64,000 nt of DNA from Octopus sinensis. Its lineage: Eukaryota. The stretch lies in NCBI RefSeq assembly GCF_006345805.1, contig NC_043007.1, positions 76,818,001 through 76,882,000 of the forward strand, written 5' to 3'. Position 1 is the stretch's first letter, and each line of letters starts with the position of its first letter. This document shows, one piece after another, positions 13,717-27,040 of the stretch. Below the pieces are notes generated by a model, which did no database searches, was not told the DNA's origin, and saw nothing but the letters and a program-made list of their open reading frames with translations. A program made the position numbers and the translations under genes.

Positions 13717-15989
13717 GAGATTTATCATTGTTTAACATCAAGAATCTACAACTAAGCACTAATCTTTAAAAGCTCTTCAGGTGTTTAAATTTTTCTTTAC
13801 TCCTGTGATTGCTGCAACATAAAATAGCTGTTATTTCAGTTTGTTTTGGTGACCAATGCAATAAACCTTATTCTTCCTTGTGTATAATATGGAAATACGC
13901 AAATTAGTCTTCTATTAGTCAAAAACTCCCTTTACACCTAAGATTCAAAAGTTCAGTTGCTTCTATCAGCACTTACTATCCTCATCATATTGTCTGCCAG
14001 TTATAGACAGACATGGGCAACCGTTTTTGAGAAGCAAGCCGTATGAAATGTTCATTAACATTACTTTGGAAAATTCAAGATAATTTTTTATTGGCATGCC
14101 ATTCCAAAATTCCTGTGGGCTGCAGCTTGTTCATGACTGGTCTGGCTCATCTCTTAATCATAATGTCCAACAGCTATTGAGAGTTTGAGGTTCTATATTC
14201 CCTCTTATTTTAGATATTTCTTTTGCTCTCCATTGGCAGTTAAACTGAGGAACTTTGGTAGACAAATCTTGGAAAATGATTAATTACTTGGCATGCTAGA
14301 TTAGCTATGGCATTGAATTGTTTATCTTCAGATACTGGGCACTAGTTTCATCTTTTCCTGTTGTTTGTGTTGAAGACAGCAGTCACTCTGCTTTGTAGCT
14401 TGGTTTTTATTTTGCTACTGGAAGAAAAATGTATTTTCCCTATCTGAATACTCTCTCAGGATTTTTTATTACAGAAGAGCTGACAGAACACTTAAATGAT
14501 ACAGACATAGTTTGGTGTTAAAAGTTATTCCTTCCTAAATTACCAGACCTTTTATTGGTAACAAGAACTGTTATCTTTGAAAAAACATTTTTCTTTTTTT
14601 TCCTTTTTTGTTTATTTTTTTTTTGTATATATGTATTGCAATGACAGGTTTTAAATTGGCAATGTTTTGTGTCATTGTTTTAGATGATGTTTTAAATGTT
14701 TTCTGCAGAGATTTTGAAAAACAAATTATTCTTATTTTATTTATTATTTTGTTTATAGATTCTGTAGAATATATTTATTGTAAGATATGTTGTCTTCACA
14801 TTCTTCATTTACAACAGATTAAGAACTGGAAAAAAAAAAATAAATAAAGACTACTTTTAACATCTTATTTAACCAAAGCGTTATTTGTATGTGTGTATGT
14901 ATATATATATATATATGTGTGTGTGTATATATTTTTTATGTTAATATGTTATATTTGTGTTAATTTTTTCTGTGCTGTTTACTGCTTTTGAACAAATCTG
15001 GTAATTGAGGCTATGTATGAGACAAGTGACTGAAAATTAATGTAACAATTTATTCATGCTAAATAAAAAGATTATAAATGAATGGATAAATAAATAAATG
15101 AAATATTGTTTCCATATCCAGTGGAGAGTAATTCTGCACTAAGACAAAGCATGTAAAATATTAAACAGAAATGACTGTGGAATTTGAATAAAACAGAAAA
15201 TTGCTTCTCCTACTGCTATAATGACTTTTATTATTATTATTATTTTATGTTTAGAAGGAGTGGCTACTTGTTCATGGCTCATAACTTTTCTTTAAAATTT
15301 GTTATTTTATTTGTTGGCATTCCATATTTTGTTGGACTAAATAACCCAGCTTGCTGCAGAAAGGGCAAGCTGCTCTGGTGAGAATTTTCCTTTTAAGTGT
15401 AAATTTTGAAATGTGAATTTGTTAATATAATATTTTAAAGCAAAAATATCAGTATGACTTCTCAAATCAAGGGAAGTGATGGCTGTTGAAATAGCCACTA
15501 TTACATTGTTTTCCAACCAAAAGACTGCAGCAATCGCAACAAGCAAGATATATTTGAAAATGACGCAACCTCCACCTCCATCACCACAGACATTAATAAA
15601 ATGACTACAGTGGCCTTTCTTTCTCTAAGAAAAGGGAAGAAGTTGAGTTGACACAAAAGTGTTGAGCAATGTTAAGCTGCACTTAACAACGAATATGACA
15701 GTCTGCCTTAACACACTAGAGGAAGTACAAGAAGGCACTAAGAGAAAAACCATTATACATAAATGTATATCAGTAAAGATGAGACTGGAGTGAGTGACAC
15801 AGGTCCAGAATGAAAAATGCTTGAGACTAGTCTGGGGCTTTAAAACTTATGTTGCCTGTGGAAGATTCTTTGGCACAGTTGAGCTAAATATTCTTTTCTA
15901 CTCTAGGCACAAGGACCGAAATTTTTGGGAGGTGGGGGCCAGTTGATTAGATTGACTCCAGCATGCAACTGGTATTTAATTTATTGCCT

Positions 15990-17050
15990 GATTTGGATGA
16001 TCTGCCCTTTGAGCTCTATTTTTATATGCCAGTCTTGTTTGTTGGCCTCTTAGCAGATGTCTACCACAACCAGCAGTAGAACTGGAGAGTCAAGTAATTG
16101 TGGTACTGCTGAGAAAGGACCTCAACAAAATGAGTCAGAAAATTTTAGGCCCATAATGCTGCTGAACACGTATTTCAAAATGTGTGCCAATGAGTTGTGT
16201 TAGCAAAGAGGTTGGTGCATGTTGTTGAAGAACTGATTGGTGATGCCCAAAAATGCACCATCCCAAGCAGATCCAGCCACAACAACCTGCATCATTGACA
16301 GGGTGTGTAAAGAAGTTGGCTTGGGTAGGGCCCTGATCACTTTGGATCAATCTAAAACCTTTGATAGGGTCGACACCAATACTTTTAATACTCTCACAGT
16401 GGCACTTTTGATCCTGTTTTCCATGGCTAGATCACTCTGATGTATAGCAAAATCTTCTTGGTAGTTTGGGTGAATGGTTACCTATTGAAACCATTTAGCA
16501 ACAATTGGTCAGTCAAGGGTTCTGCTCTTATCTTTATGTATGTGCTGGTTCTAGAACCAGTACAGATGAAATTGGAGGCATCCCTTGTCAACTAAGACAT
16601 AAGAGAACCATTACACAGACAAAGTCAGTGTCATAGTGTCAAGTACCAGGCACATAGAATGCAAGGTGGTGATAGAAGCAAAAATTAACTGAGAAAAGTT
16701 AGTGCGCCTGCAGCTTAGCACCTGGAGAGGCAGGCCCATGCTGGCCAATAACACGAAACACTTGATGGAAGGACCAGTTAAATTGCTTGGGGTCTGGTTT
16801 GGTCTGGATCTCAAGGTGGAGAAAAACTGGGACAAGGTGATGAGCAGGGAAGCTAATCTCACCCAAAAATGGACTGAAAGAACGCTATTTCTGAAAGGTC
16901 GAGCAGAGGTGGCAAATACTTATATCACCTTCATTATATATTACTGCCTGACATGTTTATGTCTGACCAAGCTGGAGTTCATACTCTTTCACTTTCTGTG
17001 GAAAGGACATATTCCACTGGCCAGGTGCTCCATTTGCTGTCAACACCATT
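15990..17050 (+). mobile_element. Decayed L1/Tx1-like LINE RT fragment
   Basis: Peptides LITLDQSKTFDRV, VKLLGVWFG, LKGRAEVANTYI and LFHFLWKG in broken frames. Confidence 0.75.
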
Positions 17051-18539
17051 ATATTTTACTGCCTGGCTGTCATGTTTTCCCACAACTACTTCTAAGGTAG
17101 CAAAAATGACACTAGCTACAGCAATACTAATATAATTTGCAACAACGGAGCTGCATCCTTTACAAATACAGACCAAACATAGATGGAAGTGGAACATTCA
17201 TTTGATGACAGTAATTTGGTCGCTTACTTCATTTATTTGGGTTGCAAATCAATCTTCTACAGGAAATAGCATACTGATTGATTCTGGGCAAAACATGGTA
17301 GCTGGCTTCAATGGGGAATGAAGCTGCATACCATCGTTTGACAAGTGTCTCATTAACCAAATCCTGAAAATTGTCTTTCTTCAACCAGTAAAATATGTCC
17401 AGTCTCTCTTCTTGGGATAGTATGAGCTCATCTACTAGGATTGTTTTTGCCTTCCTAGATAGAAGCAGTAGATCTGGTAAGAACAATGATACTAGAAACC
17501 CTTCTAGAAAGATGAGTCTACTCTTCATATTTACCTGAATCTCCCAACTGCTGCTTTTGCCTTAGATGCATCATCAGCTTCCCTTAGGAATCTGATACCT
17601 TCAAGTGGTTATGCCTGCTACTTGCTGGTTTTAACTCTGTTGGTCTGTCTGATAATTTCTGTAAGGATTCTACCACCCCAGGGAATCTAGTCAAAATTTG
17701 CTCAAGGTGTAAAGAGTTGCTTTGCACTCCTAAGCAGATGGGTTTTCCTCTTTGCCATAGATTTTAAAGTTATTTGGGATATGCAAGAGGTCAACAACAG
17801 CACACATAAGGAAAGACAAATTTTTCTCTGTTTCAGAGTTCTCCAGAAGAAAGTGGTTACTCCTAGTGCCTGATCCCACTGCATCCATTGTCTCTGGCAA
17901 ATCTTACTGTTTTTACATGATGATCTTTCTCTATTAAATCATAAATCCTCTTCACCATGATCCCTTTCTCTCTTACCCCTGAAATTGATATTTTTCCACC
18001 CCATGATGCTGTAGTTGCAAAGTCCTAGCCATCTTTGACAGACTACTCCAACAATCTCCTGGTGCCTCTAGTACGTTTCATCTCCCTTCATAGCTTCCTG
18101 CGGTTTCCACTTATTTTCCTATCAGCTGTTATAGTTTTGGCATCTCCAATTTTCATCCTCAAATAATCGCAATATACTGACTGCTCTTACTTTAGTGACT
18201 CTGAAATTTTCTACTTCTTATGGAATTGTTGAGAGAAGATCAGAAGTTGACGCGTGGAAAACTGCTGGAATGTCCCACTACCTTCACACTAATATATAGC
18301 CCAATCTTTCCATTACCTCCACCTTAGTCGTGGTGAAATCATAAAGCTTTTGGGTATGATGCAATATGGGGAACACCACACCTTAAACTTCCGAGTTGGT
18401 GGATTTTGTCCACAGCCCATTCAATTTTAAATTAATCCTCCAATTAAACTGAAAATGATCTCCTTTTCCCATCGTCGATTTACTGCGATTCTAATTAAAA
18501 CTCACAAAAATAAAAACTTAGAAATATGGAATTAAAAGT

Positions 18540-18712
18540 TAGAATACAAGGGACATAACTCAGCCGTTAATAAGTAGTCTCCCTTGTCTGCCAGCGTTCC
18601 AGTTTGAAAGAACAGTAAATTCAACAGAGGCAAAAAATATTGCAGCTGTTGAAAATATTGAACAACAACATTTACCAGAGAATTTCTCCTCCTTGATGGA
18701 TAACTATAAGAG
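18540..18712 (+). promoter_or_regulatory. Candidate promoter / non-coding first exon of the BTB-BACK gene
   Basis: Non-repetitive sequence with local CpG enrichment (~18470-19020), an inverted CAAGGGA motif pair and an AG|GTAAAT donor at 18712/18713. The ATG exon at 21359 has an acceptor only 5 nt upstream of the ATG, so a 5' UTR exon is needed. Inference only. Confidence 0.3.
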
Positions 18713-21037
18713 GTAAATATACAAAAAACTGATGGTTTCTTTTAGGAATAATAAACTCGAATGAATACTTCCACTGAATTAATGAATTAACTCTGCTAGG
18801 ATTATCCTAAGACTATTAGCTGTTGTTGATTAACCCTGAAAGTCATTTCACCGTTATTGTCTAACACTAAGCTTTGACCCTCCCCCAGGGATCTTGGCTG
18901 TTATTTCTAGTAAATCAAGTGACCACATAGAAGTTCCTTCATTAGCGCGTGACGCCAGTAATGGATCGCTGTGGTGGTGGTTGTGATGGTGATGGTGAGG
19001 CGGATAAAGCTGGCGTTGTATGAGGTTTACCTCTAACAATTCACCCGAAAATTATGGTATCTATATATATTATTAAAGTATATATATTAACATTTTCTTT
19101 CATATTGTTTCAGGCTTTATAAAATCGTCTTTTTTCCCCCTTAAGTTATCCAAGTATCGAATTACTCAAAGAATTTTTGTAACATAAGCAAAAGGCTTAA
19201 ATTCAGGGGAAAGGGATCAGTTGATTTATTTATCCTCAGTATTTAAATTGTTCTTTATCGAATACCGAAGAACAAAAGGCGAAGTTAACCTCAGTAGAAT
19301 TTGAACTCAGAACGTAAAGCTCAGTAGCTAAATATTGTCAAGTGTAGTGTCCAACGCTCCAACGACACTAACGACTTTTCTGATGTATATGGAAATATAT
19401 TTCAGAATATTTTGATAATAAAAGTTGTCCGAAGAATGTATATGAAAGGTCGTATTTGATGTCATTGTTGACGCATTTGTTCCTCCACTCCAAAAAAAAA
19501 AGTCTTTAAAAAGATCACTCCGGGTCCTATAAGCGATGTTGGGCCTACCATAAACTTTAATGCACTAAAAATCTTTGCTTGAATATGCGCTGCTGAAATT
19601 GAAGTGCATCTAATATGCCAGTGCATCTTTTATGCCATCAAGTACAACATAAGTCATCATGTAAAAAACCTCAATACCATTTCAATCAGTTGGAATGCTG
19701 TAGCCCTCAGTACATTTTCACCCCAACAAAAGTCAGGAAAACGTAAATTGAATATACACTGTTCTACTGGGTACAGATCTAAACTGCCTCAGCCATTCAT
19801 GCATTATACATTGTACTGCGGGACTGGAACACATTATAGTTATATGTTTTGATAATGGATAGTTACTGCTGAAATCTGAAGCAGTGGCACAGCTGCAGTT
19901 TGCTCTCTGATTCACATTGCATGCTCTCAACATATTGACAGGATCCAACTAGTCAAAGGACCACATTGTGTTTCAATATCTTTGGCAGAGTTTTACAGCT
20001 GGATATCTTTTCTAACACCAACAACTTTGCAGAATGCACAGGATACCTGTTTTTTTTTGTTTTGTTTTTGTTTTTGTTTTTTGTATATATGGCACCAACA
20101 CAATTGAGGTTGCCTTACAACTTTCAAAACTTTGGGCCTAAAAGGGCATCTACAATTGAAGAAGATTAGAAGAAGACACAATAATTCTGAGGTGAAGAGA
20201 GAGAAAGAGATAATAAAATATGTTGAAAGGAACAGATTTATAGTAGTTCAATTAAAAAAAAATGCAGTTTTCACTATCCAATCACCACTGCCGCCGCCAC
20301 CACCATCTCTCCCCCTATCTCCCTCCTCTCTCTCTCTCTGCCTTTCTTTAACCTTACCATCAGAACCTCACCCCTCTGTTAAAATTATATTTTTAATTCT
20401 CTTCCTCTATATCATCACTACCTTCAACTAACTTTTTTAACCACATAATATTATGTTCCCTCTACTTCATGTCACGGATGCTTCTATCTCTTTCTTTTTT
20501 CTCTCCGTTTTTCTTACTCCCTCTTCTTGTCTAACTCTGTTTTATCCTCTTTTTCTCTCTCCTTTTTCTTTCTCCTTTCTTTCCCTTCAACTAATTATAT
20601 GAAAGCGTTACAATTATATTCCCTCTACCTCGCATCACAGACGCTTCTCCCTCCCTCTTTTTCTCTCTCACTCTTTTTCTTTCTCCCTCTTTTTCTCTAA
20701 TCATGTGAAAGTATTACCAATGGGCTAAGTAATGGAATGATAAGCAGAATTATTATAAGATGCTCCAGAAGAGAATCATCAAATTAATTCTTCAAGCTGA
20801 ACCATCCAGCAAGAAACCTAGGGAAAGACTATGAGCAAGATGGCTGAATAATATCCATAGTCTCATTTGGTCATACTTGGAACCCAGCAGGAAAGTGTAA
20901 TGATGGTTGCTTTTGATAGGTCTCCATAGAGGAGATAATTGAGGATTCTGTTCCCACAACCCTCTCAAGAATAATGGTCAGAAAAATGGCAATCAATTTG
21001 TCAAACTGCATCATTTACAGAATAGTAAGATCTTTCA

Positions 21038-21245
21038 TTAACCCTTTAGCATTCAGATTATTTATTCACATTGTTTAAAATTAATCATGCATTATCTTGT
21101 AGTATTAAAATTTCAATGGTGTGACTGTTTATTTTTAGAATGACATTGTAGAGTAGATGTGAAATGACAAGATCTGGCTGGTTTGAACATAGAACAGGTA
21201 GAATATTTGGGCTGGATATGGCCAGTTTAAATGCTGTGGGTTTAA
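21038..21245. mobile_element. Degenerate TTAA-MITE (TTAACCCTTTAGCATT ... AATGCTgtGGGTTTAA)
   Basis: Imperfect terminal inverted repeats of the piggyBac-like CCCTTT type. Confidence 0.55.
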
Positions 21246-21363
21246 GCATCAAACTATCTTGAATCTAAAATTTATTCTTAGTTTGATTCAATGTTCAACT
21301 CCTTTTTCTTTGTCCTTGTTTTATATTTTGTTAATCTTCTTTTCAAAGTTTTCCTTAGGAATT

Positions 21364-21709
21364 ATGGGTACACGATTCAGTCAAGGTCGGCGGAAACCAG
21401 TCCCAAATGAAAAACCTCCATATGTCTCTGAGGAAGAACAAACTACATATGTCTCTAAGAAAGAAATCAACTATTTAACTCAGATGTTTCAATTTGTCAA
21501 CAATGACAGGAAGAAGGGTGAATTCTGTGACACAATAGTTGCATCGAGAAATCAGTACTTCATGGTACATAGTATAATGCTCGCATGCAATAGTTACATT
21601 TTCCGCAACATAACTGAGAGATATATCAATCACCACAAGCGTTTAACTATATATGTGGATTCCATTAAACCACACATATTTGAACTGTTGCTTGAGTACA
21701 TATATACAG
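21364..21709 (+). CDS. BTB-BACK protein, coding exon 1: N-terminus and BTB/POZ domain (FCDTIV...FMVHSIMLACNSYIFR...IKPHIFELLLEYIYTG)
   Basis: Acceptor TTCCTTAG at 21358, ATG at 21364, canonical KLHL/BTBD-type BTB motifs, ACAG|GTAAGA donor (phase 1). Confidence 0.9.
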
Positions 21710-23760
21710 GTAAGACATCTCTGATGTATAGTTATATTCAGATAGTTGTAGATTTGATGGCTTATGCTTTTTGTTTGCAGCATTTTTGTATTCTGATTTT
21801 TTTTTAAATGTATATATTTATTCTTCTGAGCAGTTAGAGGAAGGCTTAGTGGAAATAATTGACATTATTGCTAGGAATATGATACAAATAAATTCAAAGT
21901 TGGTCTTAATTAGCACATCAATAATAATGCTATTTCCAGTCACAATATATTTAAATGAAGTTGTAATTGATTGGGACTTATAGGGATTATTTCATGTCTT
22001 ATAATCAGCACTATTTGTTGAGGCATTTAAGATTCATAAAGTAACATTATTATTGTTGTTGTTAGCCCTCAGTCAACCCTGATCAAGCACACCTATGCTA
22101 TGATCAAAAGCATTTCAGCCATGATAATCCCATTATATATTTTAGTGTATGTCTTGGACTACATTATTCAATGTGTCCTTTCTTTTCTTTTTTTAAGACT
22201 GAGTGAGGTTTGGCTGCTATTTCTGGCAAGTTGAGCAATCACATAAAGGCTTTCTTTTAAATGGTGTAGCTGTAAGAGGGAACCCTAGGTTGGTTCAACC
22301 TCATCATATTACCAGGTTGAGGAAAAAGTTTGTGCACTGTGTTAAAATGATTTTTTATGTAAGAATTTATTCAAAAACAACAACTATTCTTCAAAATAAA
22401 GACCATCATTTACCATGACCTTCTGCCAATGATCTGCAAGCTTTCAGATTTGGTCAAAGTACCAATCCTTCGACTTTGAATCGAAAAATTCTTGATATGC
22501 TTCATTGAATGACTCAAAATGTATTGTATTGATAAAGTATTGTATTGATCAGAAGAGACCGTAGTCAGGTTGAGCAATGTCTGGGCTATAGACTGGAAGC
22601 AGCAGAACTTCCACACTGTCCTGATTTCCAATCTGGTTGCTGGTCTTTCTGGTGGTTTGCGGCTTTGCATTGTCTTGTTGAAATAAAACATATGCATTCT
22701 TATATTGAATTTACTCTGATGCTTATACATAATTTTTCTGCTACTCTTGTGGATTCCCATGACTGTTGCAATCCAATTCCATTGTTATGAATTTGAATTG
22801 AGTGCTTGAGTCATAGTGAATCTTTCATTTGCTGATTATATAATCATGGATACCACTCCTATTGATGTATTGCTGTTACTCACTTCATAGAGCTTGGTGA
22901 TAATGACTGTTGATCTTCTAGGATACCTCCACTCAGCATCAATGTAAGAGGTACTGTTGGTTCATTTGAGCTTTTCTGATTCAACTGTGCAAACCACCAT
23001 GTTACAGTCCCTTGATTTTACCTTATCCCTTGCAGGGTAGCTGAACAGGTGCTATACCTTGCCAAAAGACAGCTTGTAGCTATGCAGGGCACAGTCATCA
23101 TTCCATGAGGCATTTTCAAAGTACCTGCATATCCTACTATCAAATGGTAGATGAGAAAAAAAGTAAAGAGAGAGAGTGATAAAATACCTGACGGTTTTTA
23201 TTTGCACCTGTTTATATCTTTATTTCAAATCTGAATTTACTCTCTTGGTGAGTCAGGTGTGGGTCAATAAAATATCATCACCAACCCTTGGAGTCCTAAG
23301 ACTCACAGGGCCAGTTATCTGGTTTCCATGGGATATAAGTGATCAATATCACAACATTCCCCTGAATAGGATGCCAGTCCATTGCAGAGTTATTTATTTA
23401 CTGCTGAGTGAATTGGAGCAACATGAAAGAAATATGCCTCTTGGTCCGGGATTGGAATCTTGTGATCATAAGTGCAACACAGTCATCTCTAGGTCACAAC
23501 CCTACATCATTGTCATCATTTATGATGTAGGCTGGTGGTTCAGTGGTTAGTGTGTTGCACTCATGATCACAAGATCGTGATTTCAAATCTCAAATAAAAT
23601 ATTGATTAAATATTTAAGTTGCTTAAAATTGATTGTGCTTTTCTCCTAAGATTTGTGACCTTGTGCCAAAGTTTGAGATTAATATTTTAATACACCTTTT
23701 CCCCCTCAACTACCACATCAACAAGATTTTATAATTGATTTTCTTAAATTTTGGTTTCAG

Positions 23761-24247
23761 GTAAACTGGGTTTGAAAAGAACGAATGTTGCCGAAGTTTC
23801 CATGGCCGCAATGGATTTGAAAATCCCAACTATCTGTGAACTTTGTACTAATTTCATTCAAGATATGGATTTAGAACAAGCTCTAATAATTATTTTAACC
23901 AAAAACATACCGCTTTCAAATCAAGTTTTTCGTATGGCTTTCCAGTTCGTTGAGAATAACTTCAGTAAAGTTTGTGAACATGAACTTTACATGAAAATAG
24001 AGATCAATGTTTTGTCAAGACTTTTATCAAGTGACAACTTAAATATACGATGGGAATTGGAGGTGCTTGACAACTTACTAAAATGGACCTACCATAGCTT
24101 CAAGAATCGAAAGAATTATTTTTCAAGTCTTATTAAACACGTTCGCTTCACCCAAATGACCATGCAGGAATTGCGTTATGCTTGCACCATGGCCAAACTG
24201 TTCCGAGAATCAAGTGTCTGTGAAATTGTTGTTGCAGAATCTGTTCG
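23761..24247 (+). CDS. BTB-BACK protein, exon 2: end of BTB and BACK domain (NVAEVSMAAMDLKI...LLSSDNLNIRWELEVLDNLLKW...HVRF)
   Basis: TTTCAG acceptor in phase 1, classic BACK motifs, CG|GTAACT donor in phase 2. Confidence 0.9.
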
Positions 24248-24303
24248 GTAACTTTCTCTTGGGTTTTCTTTTAAGACATGACATCAAATGTTCATTTTGC
24301 CGC

Positions 24304-24343
<40 letters not shown>

Positions 24344-24838
24344 CATCTGTGCATGTGTGAGGGAAATTATAGATCATATGAATTAATTAACTCTACAAAA
24401 GAAAATAATTCTTAATCAAAAACAGTCTTAGGGTCATAAATTCTAAAGAAAAGGTTGCAGATCCTTCCATTTAGCATTGCAAAATATACACTACTATATT
24501 ATTTAGTACAGATTCTCAACTGTTATAAAACAATGTGTGTGTGTATGATATATATAGAGAGAGTGTGTGTGTGTGTGTGTGTGTAGGATGCTAATACCAA
24601 AGTTTAAAAAATTTATGACTATTTGCTTAACTCAATACAGTTAAGTGACATAAGGCATATGATAAAAATAGAACTGAATGTCCTGTTTAAACTGAACAAC
24701 AAAACCTTATGCAGCATAAGTTTTAAGATTTTTAAAAAGAATTGGTGAATGTGGAAACCAGTTGACCATGTCATTCCTCTTGATGAATTAGTGGTGCCTT
24801 TTGTATTAATGTTGTTGTTCATCTTATTTTTGTATCAG

Positions 24839-24929
24839 ACAAAGATATCTCTTACTCAAGGGAGACTTAAACCACACAAGTGAAAACCCCAGAAATTGTT
24901 TTAAAACAGCTGAAGAGAATTCTACCACA
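24839..24929 (+). CDS. BTB-BACK protein, exon 3 (RQRYLLLKGDLNHTSENPRNCFKTAEENSTT)
   Basis: TATCAG acceptor, ACA|GTAAGG donor. The 91-nt phase 2-0 exon exactly bridges the phase mismatch between exon 2 and the large exon. It resembles the post-BACK xRYxL...PR linker. Not in the ORF track. Confidence 0.8.
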
Positions 24930-25274
24930 GTAAGGATTCATTAAAAATAATTATTTTCTTTGTTAATTAATGGTTCTAATTTTGTTGCTAGACTGAAAAT
25001 ATTTAGGAGAGAGAGTTTTCATTCATCTCAATTCCAGTATCGGTAAAGACCCCTTCAGTCATGACTGGCCATGGGATTGCACCTAGAAAGTTCTCCAAGG
25101 CACAAGTCCAGGCAAGGTTGTTTGTGGAAGACCAGCAATCGCCCATGCATACCAGTCTCCCTTTTCCATGCCACTGATGTCATCCAAGGGAAAGACAAAG
25201 GCTGATACAGCTTAGCAGCAGTGATGTCACAACATATTTCTACAGCTGAGTGAACCGGAGCCACATGAAATAAA

Positions 25275-25947
25275 TTATGATACTGGAATGGGCATATTTA
25301 TAAAATATGTCATGTATCTTAAAACAATCTTTCAGGCTCTGTTTATGTGTTATATATATTTTAAAAAACAAGGATGTTGGACAGTAAGATAATAAGAAAA
25401 AGAAACGTGCTAAAAATGTGAAGAAGGTTGGTGCAAAAATGGAAAGAGAAAAAAGAAGCAGAATCAAGAAAACTAAGATCCTTGTCCTCCCTGATTGCAG
25501 AAAGCTCATTAAATACAACTGGTTTAGAACAAAATAAATGATCTTTCCCCATCTCTCAAAATTGCTGACTTTGATACCAGAAATTTTTAGCAAGTGTAAA
25601 CACCTGGACAGGTTTCTTTTATCAAATTGTAGGGTACCACCCACTCCGGACTGAGTTGCTGCCTTGCAGACTTTGACATATTTCCTGTTATTTTAATCTA
25701 AACCAGTTGTATCTAATGAACTTTCTGCAATCAGGGAAGACGAGGATCTTTGTTTTCTTGATTCCGTTTCTTTTTTCTCTTCCATTTTTGCACCAACCTT
25801 CTTCAAGGTTTTTACACGTTTTTGGTCGTATTTTCTTACTGTCCAGTGTCCTTGTTTTTAAAATATATATAACACATAAACAGAGCCTGAAAGATTGCTT
25901 TAAGATACATGATGTATTTTATAAATATGCCCGTTCAAGTATCATTA
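25275..25947. mobile_element. Fold-back/MITE element with ~250-bp terminal inverted repeats
   Basis: ~25278-25530 is the reverse complement of ~25697-25945. ORFs 25240..25644(-) and 25707..25955(+) give near-identical peptides. Confidence 0.8.
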
Positions 25948-26084
25948 TAACATGAAACTGTTAGTCTTTTGGTTGTGTATTTAAATTGATATTTATCTCT
26001 CACTGGATGGAGTACTTTTTTGTTGACTATCGCTATTAGATCATTAAACTGTGTGTGTGTGCGTGTGTTTTGCAACATGAAGTA

Positions 26085-27040
26085 TTTCGAATTGCAAGAC
26101 TGTGAGAAAAAATTGGAATGTCATAGGAGAGAAATGTATCTGCATGACTGATGGTTCACTTGCATTTAATGACTCTGCAAAGAAAGAGGCTTGAAATGCT
26201 ATTAGGAAAGGCTGCTAAATGTAGATAATGCATGGAAGAAGGAGAGTCTGCCAAATGTAGACCCAACTGAGGGACCAGCTATCTGAATTGAGAGTAGCTT
26301 GGTAGATAAAGCAATTAAGGATATAGAGGCAGGGAAAGCTTCTGTCCCATCAGGAATCACTGCTTAGATGCTTAAAATATCTGGTGGAGTAGGATATGGC
26401 TTTGTCACCTGTATAATTAATCAGGTTGCTCACAAGGAAGTCATACCCAATGATTTGCGTAGCAGTATTATTGTCAGCTGCTACAAAGGCAAAAGTGATG
26501 CCTTAGACAGAAATAATTACAGAAGTATCAAATTGCTGAACCAGGTGATGAAAGTCACAGAAAGGGTCATAGCTCAATTAGGAAGAGTGTTAGCATAGAT
26601 GAGATGCAGTTTGGATTTGTGTCAGGTAGGAGCATAATTGATGCTATATTCCTGATTAGGCAACTGCAGGAGAAGTACTTAACCAAAAATAAACCTCTGA
26701 ACTTGGGTTTTTCGATATGAAGAAAGCTCTTGACATGTTCCTGTGCTCCTTTATCTGGTGTTCAATTTGGTAGCTAGATATAGATGAATGTTTAGTGAAA
26801 ACAGTACAAGCCATGTACAGGGATGCTGCCAGTAAGGTGAAAGGTAGCAACAAGTATAGCAATGAATTCAGTGCAGAGGTAGGAGTTCACAAAGGTTCAG
26901 TTCTCAGCCTTCTCTTATTTATCTTAGTTCTTCAGGCCTTAACTGACAAATTCAAGACCAGCTTCCCCTGGGAGCACTTTTATGCTGATGACCTTGTTCT
27001 TAGAGCTGAATCACTAGCTGACCTAGAGAAGGAATTAATT
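26085..27040 (+). mobile_element. Decayed RTE LINE RT fragment
   Basis: NNYRSIKLL, QFGF, VGVHKGSVLS and FYADDLVL motifs, interrupted by stops. Confidence 0.85.

Noticed and set aside
21259-21807. ORF-track extensions of the BTB exon (MNLKFILS... and ...KTSLMYSY)
   Set aside because: These are intronic read-through beyond the acceptor at 21358 and the donor at 21709.
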